Assembly: GCA_963739455.1 (NCBI GenBank) | Contig: CAVUAK010000001.1 | Location: forward strand, 256,001 to 320,000 | Source: an uncultured Gemmatimonadales bacterium | GTDB lineage: Bacteria; Gemmatimonadota; Gemmatimonadetes; Gemmatimonadales; GWC2-71-9 | Direction of reading: 5' to 3' | Length of the DNA stretch: 64,000 nt | In this document: positions 31,301 to 40,915 of the stretch, in pieces | Layout: every line of letters begins with the position of its first letter | How positions within the stretch are numbered: the first letter of the stretch is position 1 | Notes under the pieces: model-generated | What the model saw: the letters and a program-made list of their open reading frames with translations, nothing else | Database searches by the model: none | Told to the model about the DNA's origin: nothing | Made by a program: the position numbers and the translations under genes

Positions 31301-33817
31301 ATGCAGCGATCCGTTCCAGAACTGCTTTCCCCCGCCGGCACCCTCGACGCCGCGCGCGCTGCCCTCGCCAACGGGGCCAACGCCGTCTATCTCGGCGCTG
31401 AGCGCTTCAACGCCCGTGACGACGGTGCCCAGCTCACCATGGACGAGCTGGAACAGGCCTGCCTCCTGGCGCACGCCCGCGGCGCCCGCATCTACCTGAC
31501 GTTCAACGTGCTCATGAAGCCCGCGGAGCTGCGCGAGGCGCTGGTCCACCTGGGTGACTGCATCGACCGCGGCATCGACGCCGCGATCGTCCAGGACATT
31601 GGCGCCGTGCGGCTCATCCAGCAGGTCTACCCGGAACTCGAGATCCACGGTTCCACCCAGATGACGGTGCACGATGAGTCCGGTGCGCGGGTAGCGCAGG
31701 AACTGGGTATCGACCGCGTCGTGCTCGCCCGCGAGAACACCCTGGAGGACATCCAGGCCATTCGTCAGGCCGTTCCAGGCCTTGGCCTCGAGAGCTTCAT
31801 TCACGGCGCGCTGTGCATCGCCTACTCCGGGCAGTGCTACATGTCGGGCATGATCTCGGAGCGGAGTGCCAATCGCGGCGCCTGCGCCCAGTCCTGCCGC
31901 AAGGACTACGTGCTCACCGACACCGCCGACGGCGCCGAGCTCGATCGCGGTTACCTCATCTCGGCGAAGGACCTGTCGGCGGCAGAGCATCTCGAGGGCA
32001 TTGCCGACGCCGGCATCGGGTGCATCAAGATCGAGGGACGGAAGAAGAAGCCGGAGTACGTCGCGACCGTCACCCACACCTATCGCAACTTCCTCGATAG
32101 GCTGGCGGAGGGGCACTGGGCCCCGCCCACGCCGGTTGAGACGCAACCGCTGGTACAGATCTTCTCCCGCGGCTTCACTGGTGGCATGTATGGCGGGCGC
32201 GCGGGACGCGACTACATCACCCGCAACCAGCCCGATAATCGGGGCGCCGAGCTTGGGGTTGTGGTCGGTATGGAGGGGAACGAGCTGGTCATTGCTGTCA
32301 CCGAGCCGATCGGCGTGGGTGACGGCCTTGGCTTCGAGCATCCCGATGGCGCCGCGCGCGGTAACACCGGCTTCGCCGTCAGTCGCGTGCGCACCATCTC
32401 CACCCGCGACGGGCGAGTGACGCAGGCGATCCCCGCTGACGAGAAGGTGGCTGCCGGCTGGATCGTCGTGCGCTCCTCCCAGGCGTCACTCATCAATGAG
32501 GCACGGGCCTCATTCTCGGCGGTGGAGAAGCGCGCCGATGCGCCCCGCATCCGGCTCGACGCCGCCGTGAGCGGTATCGCCGGCTCGCCACTCACCTTCA
32601 CGTGTACTACTGGTGACGACACCGTCACTCTTCAGAGCGCCATGCCGCTCGGAGTCGCCGAGAAGCGGCCACTGGATTCAGCGCGCCTTCGCGAGCAGCT
32701 CGGCCGCCTCGGCGAGACGCCGTACACGCTCGGCGCACTGGACATCTCAGGCCTCGCCATCGACGTCTTCCTCCCGGTCAGCGAGCTCAACGAACTACGC
32801 CAGCTCGCAGTCAAGGAGCTACTCTCCCGTCGCGCCGCCGCCGAACAGGCCCGTCTCGATGCGCGCGTCGCGGCCATCGACTCGTCCGTGCGAGGCGTTC
32901 GCGCTGCTGAGTCATTGCGAGGCGTTCGCTTCGCGAACGCCGAAGCAATCCCGCGACCTTCGAGCGGAGTCCTCGTCGCCGAGGTCTTTTCCCTCGACCA
33001 GGCCCGTGCGGCAGCGCCTCACGCCGATGAGATCTCCCTCGACCTGTTCCTTCGACACCCCACCCCGCCCACAACCCGGGTCAAGGCGTTGATCGAGGAA
33101 CTGCACGCCGCCGGCAAGATCCTCCGTCTCCGCACCCCCACCATCGTGCGCCCCGAGGAACGGAAAACGCTCGACAAGTGGCTGGCGCTCGGGACGCCGG
33201 TCGTGAGCGGGCACCTCGGCCTGGTCGCGGAGTTGGCCCGTGCCGGCCGCGATGTCGTCGCCGACTATGCGGTCAATTGCTTCAACCAGCACACTGCCGC
33301 CGAGATTTTCCGCCTCGGCGCAACCCGCATTGTCCCGTCAATCGAACTGACTTTGGAAGAGCTGGCCCAGGTCTCCGCCCCATGGGAGGGCGCGGGCTTC
33401 GAGGTGTTCGTCTACGGCCGGCCGGAGGGGATGACGCTGGAACACTGCGTGCTCTCGGCCGCCTTCGATCGCGAGGTGACTACCTGTCGGGACCTCTGCG
33501 TGCAGAAGCACCCGAATGTGGAACTGACGGATCCTGCGGGATATGTCTTTCCGGTAGCGACCGACTCGGCCTGCCGAAATCGCCTGCTGCACTCCCGCCC
33601 GGTTGACGCCTCGGAATACCTGCCGGCGCTCTGGCTGCACGGCGTCCGCACCTTCCGTCTCGTCTTCAACGTTCCCGGCGACCCCGTGGCCGAGGTTACC
33701 GCCGCTTACCGTGCCGCGATCGATGCCGTGGCCATTGGCGCCAGACCGGATGTGCGTTCGATCCGCAAGCTCAATGGAACGGCCTTCACCCGAGGCCACT
33801 TCGCCCGCGCCGTGTAG
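31301..33817 (+). CDS. U32 family peptidase with DUF3656-like region (RlhA-like RNA hydroxylation protein)
   Basis: PELLSPAG, HGSTQM, HGALCIAYSGQC, SANRGACAQSCR and KIEGRKK motifs. Confidence 0.88.
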   Translation: MQRSVPELLSPAGTLDAARAALANGANAVYLGAERFNARDDGAQLTMDELEQACLLAHARGARIYLTFNVLMKPAELREALVHLGDCIDRGIDAAIVQDIGAVRLIQQVYPELEIHGSTQMTVHDESGARVAQELGIDRVVLARENTLEDIQAIRQAVPGLGLESFIHGALCIAYSGQCYMSGMISERSANRGACAQSCRKDYVLTDTADGAELDRGYLISAKDLSAAEHLEGIADAGIGCIKIEGRKKKPEYVATVTHTYRNFLDRLAEGHWAPPTPVETQPLVQIFSRGFTGGMYGGRAGRDYITRNQPDNRGAELGVVVGMEGNELVIAVTEPIGVGDGLGFEHPDGAARGNTGFAVSRVRTISTRDGRVTQAIPADEKVAAGWIVVRSSQASLINEARASFSAVEKRADAPRIRLDAAVSGIAGSPLTFTCTTGDDTVTLQSAMPLGVAEKRPLDSARLREQLGRLGETPYTLGALDISGLAIDVFLPVSELNELRQLAVKELLSRRAAAEQARLDARVAAIDSSVRGVRAAESLRGVRFANAEAIPRPSSGVLVAEVFSLDQARAAAPHADEISLDLFLRHPTPPTTRVKALIEELHAAGKILRLRTPTIVRPEERKTLDKWLALGTPVVSGHLGLVAELARAGRDVVADYAVNCFNQHTAAEIFRLGATRIVPSIELTLEELAQVSAPWEGAGFEVFVYGRPEGMTLEHCVLSAAFDREVTTCRDLCVQKHPNVELTDPAGYVFPVATDSACRNRLLHSRPVDASEYLPALWLHGVRTFRLVFNVPGDPVAEVTAAYRAAIDAVAIGARPDVRSIRKLNGTAFTRGHFARAV
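32911..32952 (+). repeat. REP-like palindrome, copy 3, in frame within the U32 gene
   Basis: GTCATTGCGAGG-CGTTCGC-TTC-GCGAACG-CC-GAAGCAATCCC, read as SLRGVRFANAEAIP. Confidence 0.75.
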
Positions 33818-33855
33818 CTGTTTCAGTTCCGCAGTCGCAGCTCCTCCTTACGCAG

Positions 33856-34749
33856 TTACACGTACAGCCTCCTCAACATGTCTGCCGCCGACTCGTCCAG
33901 CAGTTCCTGGCTCCTCAGCTGGTCAAAGATCCCCAGCAGGTTCTCCACCCGCAGGTGCTGCTTCTCCCGCCCACGGATTTCCCGCACGATCCTGCCCCGG
34001 TGCATCATCAGCACCCTGTCGCCCAGTCGCACCGCCTGGTGCATCGAGTGCGTCACCATCAGCGTCGTGAGCCGCTGCCTCGACACCACCCGCTCCGTCA
34101 GCTTCACCACCTGCTCCACGCTCCGCGGATCGAGCGCCGCGGTGTGCTCATCCAGCAGCAGCAGGCTCGGCTTCACGAGCGTCGCCATCAGCAGCGTCAG
34201 CGCCTGGCGCTCTCCCCCGGAGAGAGTCCCCATCTTCGCGTCGAGCCGATCCTCCAGCCCCAGGTGCAGTGTGCTCACCTGCTTGCGCAGTTCCTCCCTG
34301 CGCGACGTTGTCAGCGCCCAGCGCAGCGCGAACGGGCTCTTCTCCCGGTCGAGCGCCAGCGAGAGGTTCTCCGCGATCGTCAGGTTGGGCGCCGTGCCCT
34401 TGAGCGGATCCTGGAACACTCGGCCCACATGCTGTGCCCGCCGGTACTCATCCTGTTTCGTCACGTCGGCGCCATCGAGCTTGATGGTGCCCGAATCCGG
34501 TGGGAACGCTCCCGCCACCGCGTTGAGCAGCGTGGACTTGCCCGACCCGTTCATCCCCACCACCGTCACGAAATCGCCCGGGGCCAGCGTAAGGCTGACG
34601 TCGATCAGGGCGCGCACCTCATTTGCCGTGCCGCGCTCGAACGTGTGGTTGAGGTCGTGCACTTCGAGGGTCGGCGGCGGTGTCTCCTGCGCCACGCCGT
34701 GCTCGAAGTCGTAGGCCGCATCGCGCGGAGTCGGCGCGGACTCAGGCAT
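33856..34749 (-). CDS. ABC transporter ATP-binding protein (COG1101-like)
   Basis: GMNGSGKST, LSGGERQAL and LLLLDEHTAALDP motifs. Confidence 0.92.
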   Translation of the reverse strand: MPESAPTPRDAAYDFEHGVAQETPPPTLEVHDLNHTFERGTANEVRALIDVSLTLAPGDFVTVVGMNGSGKSTLLNAVAGAFPPDSGTIKLDGADVTKQDEYRRAQHVGRVFQDPLKGTAPNLTIAENLSLALDREKSPFALRWALTTSRREELRKQVSTLHLGLEDRLDAKMGTLSGGERQALTLLMATLVKPSLLLLDEHTAALDPRSVEQVVKLTERVVSRQRLTTLMVTHSMHQAVRLGDRVLMMHRGRIVREIRGREKQHLRVENLLGIFDQLRSQELLDESAADMLRRLYV

Positions 34750-35677
34750 CGGCGGCCTCCGGGCTCAGTCGACGCCGGCGGATCAGGTCCGGAATGATCA
34801 GCACCGCCAGCACCAGCGCCGCCGTCACCAGCTTGAGCGTGTTCGCCGGCAGGCCTGCCGCAATCGCCGCCGCCACGACGAGTCGTAGCAGGATCGAACC
34901 CAGCACCACACCGCCGATGCGTGCGCTCATAGACCGGCCCCGCAGCAAGCCCTCGTCGATCGCCACCGCAGCCAGGCCCGTCACCAGGTTCCCGATGCTC
35001 ATCTGGATGGTGACGAACCCCTGGTACTGCGCGAACAGTGCACCACTCAGCCCGACCAGCCCGTTGGACACTGCGAGCCCGGCGATGAACACCATCGCGT
35101 CATCGATCCCCATCGAGCGCGCCATCTGCGCATTGTCACCGGTGGCGCGCATCGCGAGGCCGAGCGATGTGCGGAAGAATCGGTCCACCAGGAAAACCGC
35201 GGTGCCCACCGCTGGCAGCATGGCGAGGAAGGTGGAGAGCGTGCGGGCGCTCACCTCGGTGCCGAAGATCGTGGCACCCGACTCCGGGCCGCCGAACCAC
35301 TGCCACAGTGCGAACGCCTGCGTCGGCAGCGTGCGGGTGGACGCGAGCGAGATGTCGCCGCCACCCATGATGAGGAGATCCAGCGAGTAGAGCGCCGTTG
35401 CCACCAGCAGGCCCGAGAGCAAGCGACTCACGCCGAGCCGTCGATGGATCATCCCTGACACCGCCCCTGCCAGCATCCCGGCAATGAATCCCGCCGCCGA
35501 TGCCCAGAACGAGGCCATGCCGCGCGCAAGCAGCACCCCCGCCACGACCGCGCCGAATGCGAACGAACCATCCACCGTGAGATCGAAGGTGTCGAGTACC
35601 CGGTAGGAGATGTAGACGCCGAGGCCGAGCAGCGAGAGCACCAGCCCCATCGAGAGGGCGCCAATGAGGAGGTTCAC
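34742..35677 (-). CDS. ABC transporter permease (COG4120-like)
   Basis: DLTVDGSFAFG and GLAMRATGDN motifs; many TM segments. Confidence 0.9.
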   Translation of the reverse strand: MNLLIGALSMGLVLSLLGLGVYISYRVLDTFDLTVDGSFAFGAVVAGVLLARGMASFWASAAGFIAGMLAGAVSGMIHRRLGVSRLLSGLLVATALYSLDLLIMGGGDISLASTRTLPTQAFALWQWFGGPESGATIFGTEVSARTLSTFLAMLPAVGTAVFLVDRFFRTSLGLAMRATGDNAQMARSMGIDDAMVFIAGLAVSNGLVGLSGALFAQYQGFVTIQMSIGNLVTGLAAVAIDEGLLRGRSMSARIGGVVLGSILLRLVVAAAIAAGLPANTLKLVTAALVLAVLIIPDLIRRRRLSPEAADA

Positions 35678-36960
35678 GACCCTCCTTCGATCGCCGAGAC
35701 CGGCGATACCCAGCAGATGCCCCGCTGGAACGCGCTCTCGCCTGCGCCCGCGGCACCGCGATCGTCGTGCAGCAGGTGCATGATCGAGCGGAGCGGCTGC
35801 TGCGAGAAGTACTTGGTCATCAGGGGGCGAAGCGCCACCGTGCGGAGCGGCACTGGGCGGAACTCGAAGACGGCGGCGTGAAAGTGTCCCAGGAGATCGT
35901 TCGACACACCAACTGGACGGAGCAGCGGCGCCAGGCGCGGGTCGGGCTGTCGCGATACGACGCCAGTTACCACCGCCACAGTGCCCTCGTGCACTCGTTC
36001 CGGCGTGATGCTGAAGCCGTCGCGCGCTTCAGGCATGGTGAATTTCACCGGCCGCGACGGGTCTGCCGGAGAGCGGCGGAGGCGAGCGCCCACCAGCCCC
36101 GCCACTTCCACCAGCATCACGACGCCAACCGTGGGAGACGACGAATGATCGAGACATACCCGCGCCAGTTCCGACAGCGGCACCGGTTGTCCACCGGGAC
36201 GCTTCGTGAAGCGGCTCAACGTCTCGAAGCCCCCCTCGCACAGGAGCCCGCTCCCGATCACCGCTGGTGCTGGCTCCTCAGTGGTGCCGATGAGGTAGTC
36301 AGGAACCGCGCCACCCTCGGTGGGCTCGTACGCCACCACGCCCGCCGCCGCAATCAGCTCGCCCATGCGCGGCGCGGCGTCGGCGAACTGCGCTCCGATG
36401 GCGCCGATGCCCAGGCCGAACGCCTCCGGTCCCACCTTGATGCTGCTGGCATGATCGGCATCGATCCCGCCCCGGTCGATCCATGACGCGTCACCCAGCA
36501 CTCGGCAGGAAAGGCTCGCCCCCGGATTCCGCGCGGCACTTTCGTACAGGCCGTGCAGCAGCACCAGCTTCCCCGCCACTCGCCACTCGCTGGTGCCGCG
36601 CAGCGAGTTGAGCCCGCCCGACGATTGCCGGTTCACGGTGGGTGGCGGAGCTTCCGATCCGTGCACCAGCGAACGCGTCAGGTCCGCCGCGTCGAGCTGG
36701 TGCAGGATCGCCTCGTTCGGCGCCGCAATGCTGAGGACCCCCTTCACCATCGCGAACTCGTGCCCGCCCCGCGCCAGCACCTGCATCGCGGGCGTGCTCA
36801 TGTACGACACGCGGCTCATGTCGATGGTGGCTGTTCGCACCCCCTCTCGCAGGAACTGCGCGAGGATGTCCTCGAGGGCCAGGGCCCCCTCGGCGTCGAG
36901 GCGACCTTCCAAACGAACGACGGCGCCACCGGCGCCGTCGTAGGAAGGAACAGCGCGCAC
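35674..36960 (-). CDS. STAS (anti-sigma antagonist-like) domain fused to an uncharacterised ~300-aa domain
   Basis: VVRLEGRLDA...IDMSRVSYMSTPAMQVL STAS pattern. Confidence 0.75.
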   Translation of the reverse strand: MRAVPSYDGAGGAVVRLEGRLDAEGALALEDILAQFLREGVRTATIDMSRVSYMSTPAMQVLARGGHEFAMVKGVLSIAAPNEAILHQLDAADLTRSLVHGSEAPPPTVNRQSSGGLNSLRGTSEWRVAGKLVLLHGLYESAARNPGASLSCRVLGDASWIDRGGIDADHASSIKVGPEAFGLGIGAIGAQFADAAPRMGELIAAAGVVAYEPTEGGAVPDYLIGTTEEPAPAVIGSGLLCEGGFETLSRFTKRPGGQPVPLSELARVCLDHSSSPTVGVVMLVEVAGLVGARLRRSPADPSRPVKFTMPEARDGFSITPERVHEGTVAVVTGVVSRQPDPRLAPLLRPVGVSNDLLGHFHAAVFEFRPVPLRTVALRPLMTKYFSQQPLRSIMHLLHDDRGAAGAGESAFQRGICWVSPVSAIEGGS

Positions 36961-36962
36961 GG

Positions 36963-37991
36963 CTACTGGGCTGGGGCCGGCGCCGTCGGATTCTCGCCGG
37001 CGACTGACGTCTTCGTCGTTTCCAGCCTGTAGAACGGCACCGTGGCGAGGCTCTCTCCCTTGAGCGCCTTGGCCACCATGCCGCCTGCCACCACGCCGCC
37101 TTCCTGGAAGTCGGGGAAGAACGCCGCGGTGGCACCCTTCACCACCTCGAACGGCGACGGCGAGAACACCGGGACCTTGTTCTCCTTCGCCACCTTGATG
37201 ATGCTCTCGAACGCCGCGTGCGCCGCATTGCCGTAGATCTCGATCGCGCCCACCTTCTTCGCAATCAAGGCCGTCGTCGCTTCCGCACCCTCGGTCGGGC
37301 TGCTGATCGGCACCGCCACCACCGTCAGGCCCGCCGCCTTCGCCGACGCCGTCATCTTGTCCTTCATGCTCACCGCCAGCGGCTCCAGCGGGCTGTACAG
37401 CACCCCGATGCGCTTGGCGTTCGGCGCCACCTTCTGGATCAGCGCCACGCGGGCGCGCTGCTCCGGGTCGCCCAGGCCCGGCGAGTACACGCCGGTGATG
37501 TTCGGGAGGTGGGACGAGTCGCTCGTGCCCGCGCCAGCTGCGAACGGATCGGACAGGACGTTGAAGACGACCGGCGTGGTCTTCACCCGCTCCACCGCCG
37601 ACTTGAGGGTCTCGTCCTGCAGCGCCACGATCACGTCTGCCTTGGCGTCCAGCGCTGCATCGATCAGGCTCGGCAGAGTGGCCAGGTCGCCCTGGGCGCT
37701 GGAGATGGTAAAGACGAAGTCACGGCCCGGTTCCAGGCCTGCTTCCTGAAGGCCGACCTTGAGCGCGTCCTCGCTCCACTCGCTCCCGATCCAGTCGGCC
37801 GCGCGGATGATCGCAACTGTCTTGGGCTTGGGGGCCGCCGAGGCAGCCATCGCGGTGCTGTCAGCAGCTTTCCCGGCATCGCCCTTATTGCAGGCGCCGA
37901 GCCCGGCAACGAGAATCAGGGCCGACGCTGCCAGTGAACCATACCGCTCGAACATTGGAAGAACCCCCGGGATAGAACGTGGCAAGATCAC
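36963..37991 (-). CDS. ABC transporter substrate-binding lipoprotein (COG2984-like); start uncertain
   Basis: LGAC lipobox, AQGDLATL, NITGV and RIGVLYS motifs. Confidence 0.88.
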   Translation of the reverse strand: MILPRSIPGVLPMFERYGSLAASALILVAGLGACNKGDAGKAADSTAMAASAAPKPKTVAIIRAADWIGSEWSEDALKVGLQEAGLEPGRDFVFTISSAQGDLATLPSLIDAALDAKADVIVALQDETLKSAVERVKTTPVVFNVLSDPFAAGAGTSDSSHLPNITGVYSPGLGDPEQRARVALIQKVAPNAKRIGVLYSPLEPLAVSMKDKMTASAKAAGLTVVAVPISSPTEGAEATTALIAKKVGAIEIYGNAAHAAFESIIKVAKENKVPVFSPSPFEVVKGATAAFFPDFQEGGVVAGGMVAKALKGESLATVPFYRLETTKTSVAGENPTAPAPAQ

Positions 37992-38049
37992 GACACGCCT
38001 GAATCTAACACGCCATCAAGTCATCAAGTCTTCACGCCCTCACGCCCGG

Positions 38050-40859
38050 CTACTTCAGTAGCCGCTCAAACCTCGGATTCCCCTTCAACGACGCGAACGT
38101 CGGGTCGAGCGCCAGGTAGTGTGGCGTCAGGATTCCACCCGATCCTCCGGCTCTCCTCGATGAAGTCGATGGCCCGGTCCTTGTTGCCCAGGACGGTCTC
38201 GATCCGGGCCGCGTTGATCAGGATGTAGAAGTGCTGGGTGGTGGCATTCGGGGCGAGGGCGACCGCCTTTGCCAGCAGCGGACGTGCCTCCGCCGCCTTG
38301 CCCTTGATAGCCAGCATCAGGCCATAGAGCACCTGCAGTTGCGGATCGGTTGGGTTGTCCTCCGCCTGCGTCTTCGACAGCGCCAGCGACGAGTCGGCGT
38401 ACGCGCGTGCCTTCACCGAATCGCCCGCCTGCCAGTAGGCCATTGCGAGCGCCTGACCCCACCAGGCCCGGTCATTGTCGAAGGCCGACGGCGTGAGCCG
38501 GAATACCAGCTGCCGCTCCCGGTCTTCCAGGATCCAGGAAATCTCCTGATAGCCGGCGAAGTGCGCCGCAATGGCCGGCGCCGCAACGCCGGACTCGATG
38601 GCCGCGCGGATCCCAGCCCTGGCCTCCTCCAGCTTGCCCTGCAAAACCCTGGCGATGGCGAGCCATTGGATCGAATTGAGGTCCCCCGGACGCACCAGGA
38701 GTGCGGCTGCCGCGGTCGCTTCACCATCCGCGGGACGGCCCAGGTAGTCGTAGACCTGGGAGAGGGAATACAGGGTGATGTAGGACCGGGGATCGATCTC
38801 CCGGGCCCGCTCGAGCTTCGCCAGCGCCGAGCCCAGGTCGCCGGCGCCCATGTCCGATAGGCCGGCGGCCGAAAGCACCTCGGCGTCGGTGGGCGCCGCC
38901 CGCAGGGCGAGGTCCATTTCGGTGCGCGAGAGCTCCGGATTCCTCGCAACGAGCTGGTTGTACCGCGCCGCGGCGAGATGCGTCCTGGCGGCATCCGGAT
39001 CGAGGGCGACGGTCCGCTCCAGCGCCTCCTTGGCCCGCTGGGCGGTGGCCGCATTGACGAACCCGTTCGCGTAGAGCCGGCTCAGTTGCATGCTGAGAAA
39101 AGCCCAGGCATCGCCGAACGTGGAGTCGAGCGCCACCGCCTGCTCCAGGTATCCCGTCGATGCGCGCAGGCTCGCCGGATCAGGGCCCTCCACCGCGCGC
39201 CCCTTGAGGTAGAGCTGGTACGCCTCCACATTGCCGGTGGGGCGCTTGGTGACTTGCTCCTGCTCGCTGCTTCCCAGCGCCACGCCCAGGGCGCCCGCCA
39301 CCCGGGTCGCGATCTGGGACTGCACCTCGAACACGTCGGTAATGTCGGTGTCGAAGCCCTGCTGCCACTTCACGTCGCCCGGTACGGCGTCGATCAGTTC
39401 CGGCACCACCTGCACCCGCCGCTTGCCATCCGCGCCAGTGGCCCAGCGTACCGTCCCGCTCAGCAGGTAGTCCGCGCCGAGCTCGCTCGCGATCACCTGC
39501 GGGCTCTTGGTGCTGCCCTTGTACTGGCTGGCGCTCGACGACGCGATCACCTTGAGCCCGCTCACTCGTGACAGCTTGCCTCGCACCTCGTCGGCAATGC
39601 CGTCGGCGAAGTACTCGTCGGTCGAGGCGCCCTGGTTCTGGAACGGCAGCACGGCGATCCGGTTCCCCGAGGCGGCCGTGACGCCGCTTCCCGCCTTCCC
39701 CGCCCTCCCCGCCATCACCGTAGCGGCGATAGCCCAGAGCACGATGGCCGCGGCCCCCGCCATCGCGAGGTTCCGGACGCTGAACCAGCGCTTCGGCAGC
39801 GCAGTCGATCACCGCCGACGCAGTCTTGCTGCTCGCCGGGAGCACTTCCGTCGCCGCGGCAGTGACCGCGGGCGTCGTTCCCGAGCTCATACCGGCCTGC
39901 CGCAACCCATCGAGCGCGGTGACGAGCGCACTCCCAGTCGCGTAGCGATCAGCCGGATTCTTGGCCAGCGCCTTCTGCACTACCGCATCGACGGCGGGCG
40001 GCAGCCCCTGCCGCGCACCCGTCAGCGCGCGAGGCGCCTCGGTGAGGCTCCGGGTCAGGATGATGCGCGCACTCGGACCCGTAAACGGCGGCTCGCCAGC
40101 CAGCATCTCGTAGAGCACGGCACCGGTCGCATACACATCGGCGCGACCATCCACTTCCTTGTCGCCCGTCGCCTGCTCCGGCGCCATGTACTGCGGCGTG
40201 CCCACAGCAATGCCAGTGCGCGTGAGCTGCTCCCCGCCGCTGTCGCCCACGGCGCGCGCGATGCCGAAGTCGGCCACCAGCGCATGATCCTCGCTCAGCA
40301 GGATGTTGGCCGGCTTGATGTCGCGATGGATGATCCCCTGCCGGTGGGCATACGCCAGCGCCTCGGCGACTTCGCGCGCCAGGCGCAATGCATCGTCAAC
40401 TGAGAGCGAACCCTCGCGCTGCAGCTTCTCGCGGAGGGTTTCGCCCGGCACGAATGGCATGACATAGTAGAGAAGGCCATCCGACTCGCCCGAGTCGTAC
40501 ATCGGCAGGATATGCGGATGACTCAGCTGGCCAGCGATCTCCACCTCGCGCAGGAACCGTTCGGAACCTAGCGTCGCGGCGAGTTCCGGCCGCATCACCT
40601 TCACTGCCACCTTCCGCTTGTGCTTCTGGTCGGTGGCGAGATACACCGTCGCCATCCCGCCCTCGCCGATGATCTTCTCGACCTTGTAGCGCCCCGCCAG
40701 CGCCTCGGTGACCTTCGCCACCTCGAACGCACCGGTGGTGGCCATGCGCTGCGGCACGCCCGGATCAGTCGGCGTCGCCACACCACAGTGCATGCAGAAC
40801 TGCGCTTCCATCGGAAGCGGTGTATGACACGCGGGACACGCTCGCTCAGCTACAGGCAC
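38050..40859 (-). CDS. Ser/Thr kinase K7: Zn-ribbon-kinase-TM-TolB_N-like-TPR; frameshifts near 39810 and 38130
   Basis: CPAC...CMHC, HRDIKPAN and RIAVLPFQNQG; tail ...PTFASLKGNPRFERLLK* ends at 38050. Confidence 0.85.
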
Positions 40860-40867
40860 GAAGTCTC

Positions 40868-40915
40868 AGTTCCTCCTCACGCAGTTGCAGTTCCTCCTCA
40901 CGCAGTCGCAGTTCC
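40868..40915. repeat. 21-bp tandem duplication containing the RBS (GAGGAGG on - strand)
   Basis: cagttcctcctcacgcagttg cagttcctcctcacgcagtcg cagttc; single-copy version at 43733-43760. Confidence 0.85.
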
